NCBI GenBank assembly: GCA_900770225.1
Contig: CAAGJU010000018.1
Coordinates: 4,822 to 68,821 of the forward strand
Origin: Lachnospiraceae bacterium
GTDB taxonomy: Bacteria > Bacillota > Clostridia > Lachnospirales > Lachnospiraceae
Direction of reading: 5' to 3'
DNA: 64,000 nt
A model generated the notes under the pieces. It did no database searches. It was not told the origin of the DNA and saw nothing but the letters and a program-made list of their open reading frames with translations. Both the position numbers and the translations under genes were made by a program. This document shows, piece by piece, positions 10,297 to 20,610 of this stretch. Position 1 is the stretch's first letter, and the number at the start of each line of letters is the position of its first letter.

Positions 10297-11180
10297 TCCG
10301 ATATATAGAGGGAGATATATTTAAAAGTCCTGCGCAGGTGCTTGTGAATACAGTAAATACCGTCGGTGTAATGGGAAAAGGAATCGCTCTTGAATTCAAA
10401 AAACGTTATCCGGATATGTTTCAGGCTTACAGAAACGTTTGCGATAAGAAAAATCTGAAAATTGGTTCTCTGATGCTGTACTATGAACCGGATCATTGGA
10501 TCCTGCTGTTCCCGACGAAGGAACATTGGAGAAATCCCTCCCGAATAGAATATATCGAAAAAGGCCTTTTAAAGTTTAGAACAACTTATGCAGAAAAAGG
10601 AATTACATCAGTGGCCTTTCCAAGATTGGGCTGTGGAAATGGTGAATTGCACTGGTCGGATGTACGACCAATCATGGAGAAATATCTGCGGGATCTGCCG
10701 ATCGATATTTTTATATATCTTGGAACTGGGAAGGATCCGATTCCAGAGCATAGAAATCAGGAAAAGACTGTGAACTGGCTGCGGCAGCATGCAAAAGATA
10801 TGTCCTTTCAAGGCCTTGAGGATGATATCCGGTATAATTGCTCAATTGTTCCATATTCATATCTTTCTGACCAGAAAAATTGGTGTGTTTACTGGAAAGA
10901 CGGTTTGCTTTTTCAGCGGCAGAATTCAGAGTCATCATCAATTAAGGTGGATGAAGATACCTTTTTTGAAATATGGTCAGACATTCGCAACAACGGGATT
11001 ACGGAAAAAGCAGAAGCTGATTCACCGAAACGCCTTGTGATGGATCTTTTGTTATCTTTAGGCTATGTATCCGAAATCAGAATTGCGGATGAAAAAAACG
11101 GAGAAAAGACGGAAGGTTATCAGATCAATTCCGGCGAGGGCAGGGTATATGATTTGAAAGGGAATGCGGATGAGCTATAA
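10293..11180 (+). CDS. darG: Macro-domain protein, DarG-like antitoxin
   Basis: VNTVNTVGVMGKGIALEFKKRYP, FPTKEHWR, FPRLGCGNG. Confidence 0.8.
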   Translation: MIRYIEGDIFKSPAQVLVNTVNTVGVMGKGIALEFKKRYPDMFQAYRNVCDKKNLKIGSLMLYYEPDHWILLFPTKEHWRNPSRIEYIEKGLLKFRTTYAEKGITSVAFPRLGCGNGELHWSDVRPIMEKYLRDLPIDIFIYLGTGKDPIPEHRNQEKTVNWLRQHAKDMSFQGLEDDIRYNCSIVPYSYLSDQKNWCVYWKDGLLFQRQNSESSSIKVDEDTFFEIWSDIRNNGITEKAEADSPKRLVMDLLLSLGYVSEIRIADEKNGEKTEGYQINSGEGRVYDLKGNADEL

Positions 11181-11433
11181 GGAAATAATTCAGAATAACG
11201 AAAAATATGCTCCTGTTCGCTGGTGGCCTCATTACGCATATCATTATACAGATATTCAAAACGCAGTCAGCATTCTGGAGAGCGAGATGTTGTATAGTCG
11301 GACACAGGCAGAAGAACTCCATGTCATGCAAAACGACAATGCCAGTCGTCAGGTGATTGACATGACGAGGGACAGGATAACTTCCTATGTGCGGTTTTAT
11401 TTCAGACCATTGACGCCCACGCAGTATCTTTGA
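11170..11433 (+). pseudogene. darT: DarT (DUF4433) ssDNA ADP-ribosyltransferase, truncated
   Basis: YHYTDIQNAVSIL...LYSR...YVRFYFRPLTPTQY then stop; C-terminal catalytic half absent. Confidence 0.75.
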
Positions 11434-11467
11434 GCGGAACTGGAGGGAAAGGAAGCAAAGGACAGAC

Positions 11468-12097
11468 ATGCTGTTTGACAGAATTATGAGTTTGCTTATT
11501 GGCTACTTATGCGGATGCCTGCTTACAGCCGAGATTGTAGCCCGACGCCTCACCGGGAAATCCTGCAGCAGGCTGGGTACTACCGGCAATCCGGGTATGG
11601 CCAATGTCATGGCGAATCTTGGATTTGTTCCGGGGATCATCGTTCTGGCAGGAGATCTGGCTAAGACGGTGGCAGCAGTGCTGATTTCCATGCTCCTGTT
11701 TCACAGTGATGGGCATATCATCGTGTACTATGCCGCTCTCGGCACCACATTGGGACACAATTACCCGTTCTGGAGACGTTTTCATGGCGGAAAGGGTGTA
11801 GCCACCTCCTGCGCAGGCTATTTCCTCATTCATCCTGTCACAGGTCTCATCTCCATGATTGCCGGTATGCTGGTGGTATTTGCCACCGGATATCTGGGGC
11901 TTGGCGCCATAATCATAGCACTGGCCTTTGTCCCGTTTGCTTTTTTCTGTGACGGAGCAGAGGGCGGTATTCTTGCCGTGATTTTTGCCATCCTCATGCT
12001 GGTAAAGCATGCCCCTTCCGTCCGCGGTATTTTTACTGGAACAACAGAGAAAGTGGATGTGCCTGGAGCCATTAAAAAGAAATGGCTGGGCCATTGA
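11468..12097 (+). CDS. plsY: Glycerol-3-phosphate acyltransferase PlsY-like
   Basis: GTTGNPGMANV, GHNYPFW..FHGGKGVAT. Confidence 0.85.
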   Translation: MLFDRIMSLLIGYLCGCLLTAEIVARRLTGKSCSRLGTTGNPGMANVMANLGFVPGIIVLAGDLAKTVAAVLISMLLFHSDGHIIVYYAALGTTLGHNYPFWRRFHGGKGVATSCAGYFLIHPVTGLISMIAGMLVVFATGYLGLGAIIIALAFVPFAFFCDGAEGGILAVIFAILMLVKHAPSVRGIFTGTTEKVDVPGAIKKKWLGH

Positions 12098-12178
12098 GTA
12101 CAGAGGAAAACTCATTGGTACAATTGGAGCCTGTGATAATAATCCGGATAAGAAACAGATCGAAACAGGTATGAGCAC
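12083..12178 (+). pseudogene. GNAT (RimJ-like) acetyltransferase internal fragment
   Basis: WAIEYRGKLIGTIGAC...IETGMS with no start. Confidence 0.5.
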
Positions 12179-12180
12179 AG

Positions 12181-12402
12181 ATGCCGGTTGCGGGTTCCAC
12201 ATACTGGAACATGGTCCATGGCCTTTATGGGGATGAGGTGGGCCAGGATGAGGAAGGTATGCAGACGATCAGAAATCTTGCCCGGAATATAATCTGGATG
12301 ATGCAGTGCTTTGCGGCAGGAAAAAAGGCCGGCGTCGCATACCCCGAAACGGAAGGCACATATGTGACGAATTTCGTCAAAAGAAATGATAATCGCCACT
12401 GA
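12181..12402 (+). pseudogene. Flavodoxin-family (NADPH-FMN reductase-like) C-terminal fragment
   Basis: MPVAGSTYWNMVHG...QDEEGMQTIRNLARN...TNF. Confidence 0.7.
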
Positions 12403-12452
12403 ATATTAAGGAAAACGAAAATACAAGAAGATACTATGGATATTTTACAAAT

Positions 12453-12492
12453 AAACTTCCCACACCTTTTCGGTATGGGAAGTTTTTGTTTT
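12453..12492. terminator. Intrinsic terminator between convergent genes
   Basis: AAACTTCCCA...TGGGAAGTTT plus T tract. Confidence 0.7.
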
Positions 12493-12500
12493 TAAATATA

Positions 12501-12650
12501 CAGGTTTATGATGCGGGAAGATTCCGCCCGTCAACGCTGCAGGTTTTTGATGCGAGCAGATTTTGCCCGTCAGTTATACAGGTTTTTGATGCGAGCAGAT
12601 TTTGCCCGTCAGTTATACAGGTTTATGATGCAAGCAGTTTCTGCCCGTCG
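12501..12650. repeat. 39-bp tandem repeat x4 overlapping the SLH gene stop codon
   Basis: Unit CAGGTTT(A/T)TGATGCGAGCAGATTTTGCCCGTCAGTTATA at 12501, 12540, 12579, 12618. Confidence 0.9.
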
Positions 12651-14653
12651 GCTCTGTAGATGAAGGTTACGCCCTGTGCTCTCAGGCAGCTGCTGCCGGG
12701 TGAGAAGATGCCGTCGCCGGTTCCGTTGGTCACGTCATAGCCTGCGGCCCATTTGACAGCATCAGCGAAATATCCATCCTTGACGTCGCTGAAGGAAGAA
12801 TCCCCTTTGATCGTTGCGTTTCCGAATTTTTTAGCGGCCCGGTAAAGGAACGTCACCATCTGCGCACGGGTCACCGGGTCTTCAGGACTGAAGGTGGTGT
12901 CTGATGTGCCTGAAGTGATATCGTTGCCGGCTGCCCATTCAACGGCTTTCCTGTAATAAGCTGTTTCAGATACATCCGTAAAAGCCGTTGTATAAGACTG
13001 ATTGATCCCGTATTTGTCGGTTCCCTGCTTTGTCAGATTCTCGTAGTATCTGTAAACGAAGGTGATCATCTGACCGCGTTTAACGGTATTGCCGGGGCCA
13101 AAGGTGGTTTCGGTCAGGCCGTCTGTGATACCGTTTTCTTTTGCCCAGTTGACGGCATCATAGCAATAATCCGATTTTTTAATGTCGGTAAATGCCGAGT
13201 CATCTGTGTCAGGCGTGGTGTTGTCGTCTACAGATTCGTCATCGCTGAGAACTACGGCATACTTTCCGGCAAAATCGTATCCCAATAATCCGAAATCCGA
13301 ATATAAGGATACGGTTCCATCTCCGTTGTTTTTACTTCCGACTTCCATGAAGGGTCCGTAACCATACTCAATAATTTTTATCTTTTTGTCCTTCATATTT
13401 GCAGGAATCGGAACTGTGATGCGGAGCGTAGTATCCGGCTGTTTAACAGCATTCCCGGTGCCGCTGTACTTCAGATCGACGTTGAACGCCGAAATGATAT
13501 TAAAATTGGTTTGAAGATCTTTTAATTCCGCGCTGCTGTCCGGGTCTGTTGACTGAACCTTAAGGTCCAGCGTGGATCCGTCCGAAGAATTCGGAAAGAG
13601 TTTCTTTGTATCAGCGGCGCTGATTGTCTGCGTGGTTCCCTGATTGTAGGCATTCTGATCGATTTTTACGTCGGTAACACTGGCTTTCTGATAAGTGATG
13701 GCATTACTCGTGATGGGCTTGCTTACATTGAATTTAGCATTGCCGTTAGCATCATTATAGATGGACCATCCCTGGAGTGTTACTGTCAGTGAATCCCCGT
13801 CAGAAAGTCCATTCTGTTCTTCCATTTCATTTCTTACGAAGTACTTGACTGGAATTTCAATTCGAGCTGGATCTCCGTCCTGCGATTCATCATAGGCAAG
13901 ACCGTCGTATTGGTAATAGTTTGTCCTCAGATCATATAGACAGCTGTAGTTATGTATTGGTTTGCCATTGACTGAAAAATATACTCTGTAGTCAATTCTT
14001 GCCTGGATAGCAGAAGCATTGTCCTTTAATGCTATCACCAGCTTGTTATTGTCGTTTGTCAGCTGCGCATCCTCGAGGACAGGTTTCTTCGCTGCTGAAT
14101 TATCAAGACTGGTTTTGTATTTGCCGGTTGAAATATCTTTCGAGCTTACAGTATTAACGTCGGACGCTGAGTCAATGTAATAGGTATATGTGCATATGCC
14201 TTTTCCGGCGCGAACTTTGATAGTGACATCGCCGGTAAAGGGGAAACCCCTCGAATATTCCCCGGCTTGCAGGTCACTCCTGACATCCACCTTATAAAGG
14301 TCAGGCTGCGTTTGTGATTTCCAAAGTGAGTCGATCTGATGGATAATTCTGAATGGTGCTTCATAATCACTTCTGGGCAGCGCGCTGTAATCCTCAATAT
14401 CGGGATATGAGGCCTTAATGTCGTATTCGATGTCATACCATTCCGCACCATCAACAGGAGAAATCCCAAGAATGAGATTATCCTCATCCAGCCATTGAAC
14501 GGTTGCCGGCGGTGCGAGGTATTCCGGCTTCGCTTTTGCAGCGGCAGCGAAGACCCTGTGGGCCCCTGCCGGCAGTGCGGTGATGGCGAGAACGACTGCC
14601 AGTGCGATCGTCAGAACCATCCGTTTCATTGTGTTGCCTGTTGCTTTACTCAT
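12623..14653 (-). CDS. Secreted S-layer homology (SLH) domain protein
   Basis: Signal peptide; three C-terminal SLH repeats (F.D....Y..AV.WA....IT.G....FSP....TRAQ). Confidence 0.88.
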   Translation of the reverse strand: MSKATGNTMKRMVLTIALAVVLAITALPAGAHRVFAAAAKAKPEYLAPPATVQWLDEDNLILGISPVDGAEWYDIEYDIKASYPDIEDYSALPRSDYEAPFRIIHQIDSLWKSQTQPDLYKVDVRSDLQAGEYSRGFPFTGDVTIKVRAGKGICTYTYYIDSASDVNTVSSKDISTGKYKTSLDNSAAKKPVLEDAQLTNDNNKLVIALKDNASAIQARIDYRVYFSVNGKPIHNYSCLYDLRTNYYQYDGLAYDESQDGDPARIEIPVKYFVRNEMEEQNGLSDGDSLTVTLQGWSIYNDANGNAKFNVSKPITSNAITYQKASVTDVKIDQNAYNQGTTQTISAADTKKLFPNSSDGSTLDLKVQSTDPDSSAELKDLQTNFNIISAFNVDLKYSGTGNAVKQPDTTLRITVPIPANMKDKKIKIIEYGYGPFMEVGSKNNGDGTVSLYSDFGLLGYDFAGKYAVVLSDDESVDDNTTPDTDDSAFTDIKKSDYCYDAVNWAKENGITDGLTETTFGPGNTVKRGQMITFVYRYYENLTKQGTDKYGINQSYTTAFTDVSETAYYRKAVEWAAGNDITSGTSDTTFSPEDPVTRAQMVTFLYRAAKKFGNATIKGDSSFSDVKDGYFADAVKWAAGYDVTNGTGDGIFSPGSSCLRAQGVTFIYRADGQKLLAS

Positions 14654-14931
14654 TACATCATCCCCCTTCTGTGTGAAGTCACAGTGTATGTTGATAATAT
14701 AGATTATCGTTTCAGAGTACAGCACAGACAAGGAGTGGCATCAAATAATAAAATGATGCCACTCCTGTATAACACTCCTGTATAACAAATTTGGAAAATA
14801 ACGATACAACAGCTGAAAAGAAAATGCCATTGTTGAAAATTCTCAGTGGTGTATCTTTACGGGGATCAGATCATGTTGTCTTACAGCATTCTGTACTATT
14901 GGGGAAGCCAAAACACCTGGTAGATCAAGCA

Positions 14932-15693
14932 TCAGGTTGGCATAATCAGCTTCACAAACAGCAGGATCAGCACCACGATCAGCATCGGGCGGACAATGGC
15001 TGCGCCTTTCTTCATGACGAGTCCGGAGCCGACATAGTTGCCGGCCATGTTGCAGAGCGCGGCGAAGATGCCGAGCGGAAACAGAACCTTTCCGTTGAGA
15101 AGAAAAATCACGAGAGCCGTCATATTCGTCGTGGCATTGATGACCTTTGCATGTGCGTTTGCGGTTTTGATATTCAGTCTGGCAAAAACAGTAAAAACAA
15201 TGATCAGGAAAGTTCCGGTTCCGGGGCCGTAAAAGCCATCGTACATGCCGATCAGGAATGCCGCGGCCGTCGCAATGATCACCGTCCGGGCCGAAAAATC
15301 CGATGCATCTTCTCCGCCGTCATGAAATAACTTTTTATTCAGTACGAAGAAAGCGGCAACAGGCAGAATGAAGATCATGACACGACGAAGAATGTCCGCG
15401 TCAATCGCCATCGAGATATGCGCACCGACGGAAGATCCGCAGACAGCAGCCACAACAGAAGGCAGTACAAGCTTCACATTGATCAGGCCGTTCCGGAAGA
15501 AGCGGACCGTCGAGAGGCATGTGCCGAACGTCGAGGACATTTTGTTGGTGGCAACCGCATTGTGCGGCGGCAGACCTGCGATCAGATAGACCGGCAGCGA
15601 GACCAGTCCTCCGCCGCCGGCGATCGAGTCAATAAAGCCTGCCAGAAAAAGCATGGGACAGACAAACAGATAGGTGAGAGGTGTCAGAGTCAT
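14932..15693 (-). CDS. TauE/SafE (TSUP) family permease
   Basis: AGFIDSIAGGGGL, YDGFYGPGTG. Confidence 0.92.
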   Translation of the reverse strand: MTLTPLTYLFVCPMLFLAGFIDSIAGGGGLVSLPVYLIAGLPPHNAVATNKMSSTFGTCLSTVRFFRNGLINVKLVLPSVVAAVCGSSVGAHISMAIDADILRRVMIFILPVAAFFVLNKKLFHDGGEDASDFSARTVIIATAAAFLIGMYDGFYGPGTGTFLIIVFTVFARLNIKTANAHAKVINATTNMTALVIFLLNGKVLFPLGIFAALCNMAGNYVGSGLVMKKGAAIVRPMLIVVLILLFVKLIMPT

Positions 15694-15704
15694 GTGCCTG
15701 CACC

Positions 15705-17285
15705 TCAATTTCGCTCTGCGTTGTTTTTCATTGCTGCACTTTCGCTTTTTGCGTTGTTTTTCATTGCTGCGCTTTCGGTTTCAGCATTGCTTTTCATTGT
15801 TGCTTTTCTGTTTTCAACATTGCTTTTCTTTGCAGCTTTTCCGGCTCTGCGTGCGTTACGCTTCTCCTGGAGATGGGATACGATCACGGCGCAGGAAGCA
15901 TCGCCTGTGATATTGACGGTCGTACGGCCCATATCGAAGATACGGTCGACACCGGCGACGAGCGCGATGCCCTCTACCGGCAGACCTACAGACTGCAGGA
16001 CCATACTCAGCATGACCATGCCGGCGCCGGGTACACCGGCGGTTCCAATGGAGGCGAGAGTCGCTGTCAGGACGATCGTCAGCATCTGGGTCGGCGTAAG
16101 CGTGATGCCATAACATGCCGCTATAAAAATCGAGCAGACGCCCTGATAGATCGCCGTCCCATCCATATTGATCGTCGCACCAAGCGGCAGAACAAAAGAG
16201 GAAACTTCCTTCGATGCGCCCATGTTCTCACAGCACTCGAGGTTCAGCGGCAGTGTGCCGACGGAGGATGCGCTGGAAAAAGCGAACAGCATGGCCGGTG
16301 CCATACCTTTGAAAAATTTCAGCGGGCTCATGCCGCCCAGCGTGCGGACAGTGGTCGAGTAAACAATGACCACGTGCAGTACATAGCAGATGTAGGCAAC
16401 AAGCAGCACACTGGCAAGCGAGCCGATGATTTTTGAACCGTTCTCTGCGATGACAGGGCAGAGCAGGCAGAAGACGCCGATCGGCGACAGCTTCAGGATC
16501 ATCTCCATGCATTTCATAAAAATATCATTGCACACATTGATCGCTTTTACTGCGGGCGCTGCCTTCTCGCCGATCAGAATGATGGCAAAACCGATAATCA
16601 GCGCCATGACGATGACCTGCAGCATATTGGCATCGGACATTGGCGAGATGAAATTATCGGGAAAAATATTCACCAGCGTATCCATAAAGGATGTGCTCTC
16701 CTGCTGCTCGTATTCCAATCCGGAGGTGGAAAGCACCGGGAACATGCCCTTCATCAGATTTCCGATCAGCAGCCCGATGGTAGTGGCACACGCCGTTGTC
16801 AGCAGGTAGTACATGATGGTCGTTCCGCCGATCATGCCTACCTTGCGGATGTCACGCGTGCTGACCACGCCCGCCATGATGGAAAACAGGACGATCGGAA
16901 CGACAATAAACTTGATCAGGTTCAGGAAGATGGTTCCGAAAGGTTTAATGTAGCTGTTTGCAAAATCTGCATACGGCTGGATGAGCAGACCGACAATAAT
17001 GGCGAGAATCAGCGCAATAAAAATCTGCCCGGCAAGCGGTAATTTTTTCTTCCTGGGCGTTTGATTCTGCTCCGGATTTGCACTCTCTTTTGACTCGATC
17101 AGAACAGCCTCCGCATCCTCGATCTTTCTGGCGGCTGCCTGCTCCTCAGATTCTTTTTCTTCTTCCGCTGAATCAGAAGCATCAGCAGCATCAGCAGTTC
17201 CGCTGAGATGTTCGACCGGCTGAACTTCCCGCTCTTTACGCGCGTCGGATGTATCTGCAGCCATATTTTGTCTGTCCTCTGTCAT
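15705..17285 (-). CDS. Dicarboxylate/amino acid:cation symporter (DAACS)
   Basis: AFSSASSVGTLP, GATINMDGTA, DMGRTTVNITGD; C-terminus built from 11-aa repeats. Confidence 0.95.
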   Translation of the reverse strand: MTEDRQNMAADTSDARKEREVQPVEHLSGTADAADASDSAEEEKESEEQAAARKIEDAEAVLIESKESANPEQNQTPRKKKLPLAGQIFIALILAIIVGLLIQPYADFANSYIKPFGTIFLNLIKFIVVPIVLFSIMAGVVSTRDIRKVGMIGGTTIMYYLLTTACATTIGLLIGNLMKGMFPVLSTSGLEYEQQESTSFMDTLVNIFPDNFISPMSDANMLQVIVMALIIGFAIILIGEKAAPAVKAINVCNDIFMKCMEMILKLSPIGVFCLLCPVIAENGSKIIGSLASVLLVAYICYVLHVVIVYSTTVRTLGGMSPLKFFKGMAPAMLFAFSSASSVGTLPLNLECCENMGASKEVSSFVLPLGATINMDGTAIYQGVCSIFIAACYGITLTPTQMLTIVLTATLASIGTAGVPGAGMVMLSMVLQSVGLPVEGIALVAGVDRIFDMGRTTVNITGDASCAVIVSHLQEKRNARRAGKAAKKSNVENRKATMKSNAETESAAMKNNAKSESAAMKNNAERN

Positions 17286-17392
17286 AGGTCCCTCCCTCGT
17301 TCTGCATAAACATACAGGCGTCCTGAAACCACGTCAGAACGCCCTTGTGCCGTTAAGAGAAAATTAACATATCGGGGGATGGGTGTCAAACA

Positions 17393-17464
17393 GAGGATGT
17401 GATGCGCAAGCCTGTGGAGGATGCGATACGCAAGCCCGTGAAGGATGCGATGCGCAAGCCCGTG
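17393..17464. repeat. 24-bp tandem repeat x3
   Basis: GAGGATGCGATGCGCAAGCCCGTG variants. Confidence 0.85.
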
Positions 17465-17518
17465 CGTAATTTCTGAACGACAGTGCACGGATTGGCGTAT
17501 AATGGTGTTGATTAAACA

Positions 17519-17794
17519 ATGGAGTATCGGGTTATGATTGTCTATTTTATCGTGATCAGCGTGGTCGCGTTTATTCTGTACGGAATTGACAAACACCGTG
17601 CGGTGAAGCATCAATGGAGAATACCGGAGAAAACGCTGATCCTTACGGCGTGGCTGGGCGGAGGAATCGGTGCTCTGCTCGGCATGCTGGTTTTCCACCA
17701 TAAGACGCGAAAGCGGAAATTCAGAATTCTTGTACCGCTGTCAGTGGCAGTTTGGGCGGGCGTGCTGTATTGGATGAAATGCAATTTGGTGTAA
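17519..17794 (+). CDS. DUF1294 family membrane protein
   Basis: YGIDK.RA....WRIPE..L, GG.IGA..GM..FHHKT. Confidence 0.9.
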   Translation: MEYRVMIVYFIVISVVAFILYGIDKHRAVKHQWRIPEKTLILTAWLGGGIGALLGMLVFHHKTRKRKFRILVPLSVAVWAGVLYWMKCNLV

Positions 17795-17900
17795 ATAAGC
17801 ATGGTATCATATTCATGCCATGATGCTGAGATGATAAAATGATGAATAAGGATCATCCATTTTCGGAGAATCAGAACGACACGGAAGGCTAGAAAAAAAT

Positions 17901-18445
17901 ATGATTCAAGCTTCGGAAAACCCGACGATTCAATATTACGATCTTCATGCTGATGCATTCATTTCTGGAACGGTATCGGCGGATTTTGAAGAAGTGCAGC
18001 AGCGTTTTCTGTGCATGATTCCGGAGGGTGGGAGAATTCTCGACTTCGGCTGCGGATCCGGGCGTGACACAAAATATTTTCTGGAACATGGTTATCAGGT
18101 GGATGCGACAGACGGCTCAGCAGAGATTTGTCGCCGGACATCTGAATATACGGGCATTCTTGTGAAGCAGATGTATTTTCATGAGCTGAACGCGAAGGAT
18201 GCCTATGACGGAATATGGGCCTGCGCATCCATCCTGCATGTGCCTTCGGATGAACTTCCGGATATTTTCGACGTATTTGCGATGCGCTGAAGGATAACGG
18301 CGTGTTTTATACATCTTTCAAATACGGATGCTTTGAGGGTACAAGGAATGGACGGTATTTCACGGATCTGGATACGCAGAGGTTTCACAGATTAATTTGC
18401 GGAATTCCCGAGCTGGTCTCCGAGGAAGAGTGGATGACAGGCGAT
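17901..18445 (+). pseudogene. Class I SAM-dependent methyltransferase, frameshifted and truncated
   Basis: ILDFGCGSGRD, DGIWACASILH; after about 18280 continues in another frame (LKDNGVFYTSFKYG...GRYFTD) and ends at a junction with the helicase. Confidence 0.8.
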
Positions 18446-19897
18446 GGCATCCTTTCATAATGTGAGACCCGGTGACAGTGAGGGATTTTTTGGGAACGGA
18501 GAAAAGGACACCAGGAGTGTACTGATTTTTGCATCAGAAGAGACGCTGGGAAAGCCGGCGTATCTGAATGAGAAGTATTTTCATCCGGATGACTTTGATT
18601 ACCTCGTCATTGATGAGTTACATCATGCGGTTACCCGTGGCTATAGAAACATCATTGATTATTTCCATCCGAAGTTTATGCTCGGTCTGACGGCGACTCC
18701 CGAGCGTATGGACGGAAGGGATATCTACGAGCTGTGCGACTACAATGTTCCCTATGAGCTGAGCCTGAGAGATGCTATCAACAAGGGATTTCTCTGCCCG
18801 TTCCATTATTACGGGATATATGATGATACGGACTACTCACAGCTTCGTCTGGTGAGGGGGCGATACACAGAGAAGGATCTGAATGCGAAATATATCGGCA
18901 ATGTCCGCAGGTACGATCTGATCTACGATTATTACACCAAGTATGTATCCAGACGCGCGCTTGGATTCTGCTGCTCGAGACAGCATGCAGAGGATATGGC
19001 GCGGGAGTTCAATGCGAGAGGAATCCCATCGGCAGCGGTTTACAGCGAAGATGATAAGGGACCGAATGCCATGGAACGGGGTGCGGCGATCAGAACGGCC
19101 GGAGCGGCGGAAAGAGCGGAGAGCAGATCAGGACGGGAGATTACCCGGACGGATGCATCGTCGATTTTGACATGCGGCTTATTAATCTGTTTCATCTGAT
19201 GCAGCAGCGTTCACAGAGTGTGTCCGAGCGAATCGATGCGGAGGCCGACCGGGTGCGTGATCTGCTGGACCGGATTCCCACGAGAATGAATCTCTTCACA
19301 AATATGGATGAAGAAATCTACAGCTTCTGTCTCTCTCATACAAAGGATAATCCATTCCGGAATTATCTGGAATACAAGAAAAAACGCGGCTGGATGACGA
19401 GTGAAGAAGAACAGATTCTGGACGATGCCGCCGGAAAGGGATTCCTGAAGCTGATCTCACAGACGGCTATGACAAAGGTCTATAAGATGCCGATCCTGCT
19501 GACCTTTTACAACGACGGTCACCCGATCATGGCGGTGACGGATGATCAGGTGCTGACACAGTGGAAGCGCTTTTTCAATCAGGGAACGAACTGGAAGGAT
19601 TTTGATCCGAAGCTGACAAGAGAAGAGTATCTGAAAATCAGTGATAAGGAACATCTGGAAAAGGCACGCCGTATGCCCATTCACTTTCTGCTGAAATCAG
19701 GCGGGGGATTCTTTATCAAGAAGGAAGGGTATGCACTCGCATTGTGTGATGATCTTGCACCCATGATGACGAATCAGGCATTCATTCATCACTTTGAGGA
19801 TATCGTGCGTTACCGGATTGCAGATTACTACAGGCGGAGGTATGTGGATAAGAATGCCGGCAAATTGCTTTTTCGTGTGAAGGAAGCAGAGGAATAA
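18444..19897 (+). pseudogene. SF2 (ResIII/DEAH-like) helicase remnant lacking N-terminus and an internal part
   Basis: IDELHH, LGLTATPER.DG motifs; no Walker A; frame break near 19090 resumes at DYPDGCIVDFDMRLI. Confidence 0.8.
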
Positions 19898-19955
19898 GGC
19901 AGTGCGGAGGTTGAGACTTGTTTCTGAGGATGAACGCAAAGGACGGTGACGAGTA

Positions 19956-20516
19956 GTGGCGGACAACGATGACAGGGTAAAGTTTATCAGCAAGAAGATG
20001 TCCTATGCGCTGCGTCATAATCCGGACAAGTACGGCATTCACTTGGATGAAGAGGGATTTACTGATCTGAAGAAATTTCTTCATGCCATGAATGCCATGC
20101 ATCATTTCGATCCGCCGTTGACAGAAGACGTCATCCGGTATGTGATGGATCATTCCGACAAGCAGCGGTTTGAGATGACGGGATCAAAAATACGTGCGCT
20201 TTACGGCCATTCGGTTCCGGTAAAGATTCATAAGACTGAGGCGGTCCCGCCGGCTATTCTGTATCACGGCACAGCTCATCGTTTTCTGAAAAGCATTAAG
20301 AAGGAAGGTCTTCTTCCAATGAGCCGGCAGTATGTTCATCTGTCTGCAGATCAGGAGACGGCACGGCAGGTTGGCCTGCGGCGGGATTCGTATCCGGCGA
20401 TTCTGCAGGTGGATGCGGTATCAGCAAATGCGGATGGTATCCATTTTTATATTGGGAATGACAAGGTGTGGCTCAGTGATTCGATACCACCGGAGTACAT
20501 CAGCATTCTGGTATAG
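19956..20516 (+). CDS. kptA: RNA 2'-phosphotransferase Tpt1/KptA
   Basis: SKKMSYALRH, DKQRF, IRALYGHS, LYHGT, RQYVHLS. Confidence 0.93.
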   Translation: MADNDDRVKFISKKMSYALRHNPDKYGIHLDEEGFTDLKKFLHAMNAMHHFDPPLTEDVIRYVMDHSDKQRFEMTGSKIRALYGHSVPVKIHKTEAVPPAILYHGTAHRFLKSIKKEGLLPMSRQYVHLSADQETARQVGLRRDSYPAILQVDAVSANADGIHFYIGNDKVWLSDSIPPEYISILV

Positions 20517-20610
20517 AGAATATGGAAATTAAGTGGTCGTAACAGCCGGAGAGTACATATACAGAAGATGTATCCGAAACTTACAGAGAATTCCAGGAAA
20601 GAATAATTCA

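Noticed and set aside
12501..12650. Possible CRISPR or TIGR-like array (also 33171-33249, 17393-17464, 63300-63408)
   Set aside because: Units are contiguous with no unique spacers, and no cas or effector gene is adjacent; simple tandem repeats.
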